Below are positions 34,444-34,492 of a DNA stretch of 34,492 nt, piece by piece; within the stretch, counting starts at the first letter, position 1, and each line of letters begins with the position of its first letter. A model generated the notes under the pieces. It saw nothing but the letters and a program-made list of their open reading frames with translations. It did no database searches and was not told the DNA's origin. Made by a program: the position numbers and the translations under genes. This stretch comes from Octopus bimaculoides (Eukaryota), in NCBI RefSeq assembly GCF_001194135.2, contig NC_068981.1, forward strand, positions 47,048,174 through 47,082,665, given 5' to 3'.

Positions 34444-34492
<49 letters not shown>
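34400..34492. repeat. (GT)n/(AT)n microsatellite at window end
   Basis: Direct inspection. Confidence 0.96.

Overview
AT-rich, gapped, repeat-dense eukaryotic window with no intact protein-coding gene that I can support. The tRNA-derived SINEs and microsatellite load match what I recall of Octopus genomes; the species call is inference. The window is mostly decayed mobile DNA: several SINE copies, three L1/Tx1-type LINE remnants, four R4/Dong-type RLE retrotransposon pieces (three abutting AAT/AGT microsatellites), two Penelope-like remnants, a Merlin (IS1595-like) transposase remnant, a TA-flanked MITE, a non-autonomous Helitron with both termini, and a probable Helentron-type element split by a LINE. 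Highlights: a degenerate minimal hammerhead ribozyme fold at 28908-28949 downstream of the Penelope-like ORF, a related CTGA-N-GA plus hairpin motif present twice near 30000 and 31170, and a decayed, apparently intron-free Ig/FN3-like type-I membrane protein pseudogene candidate at 15551-16740. Most ORFs in the supplied track are microsatellite, N-gap or antisense artefacts. All family assignments rest on manual translation and remembered consensus motifs, not database searches.
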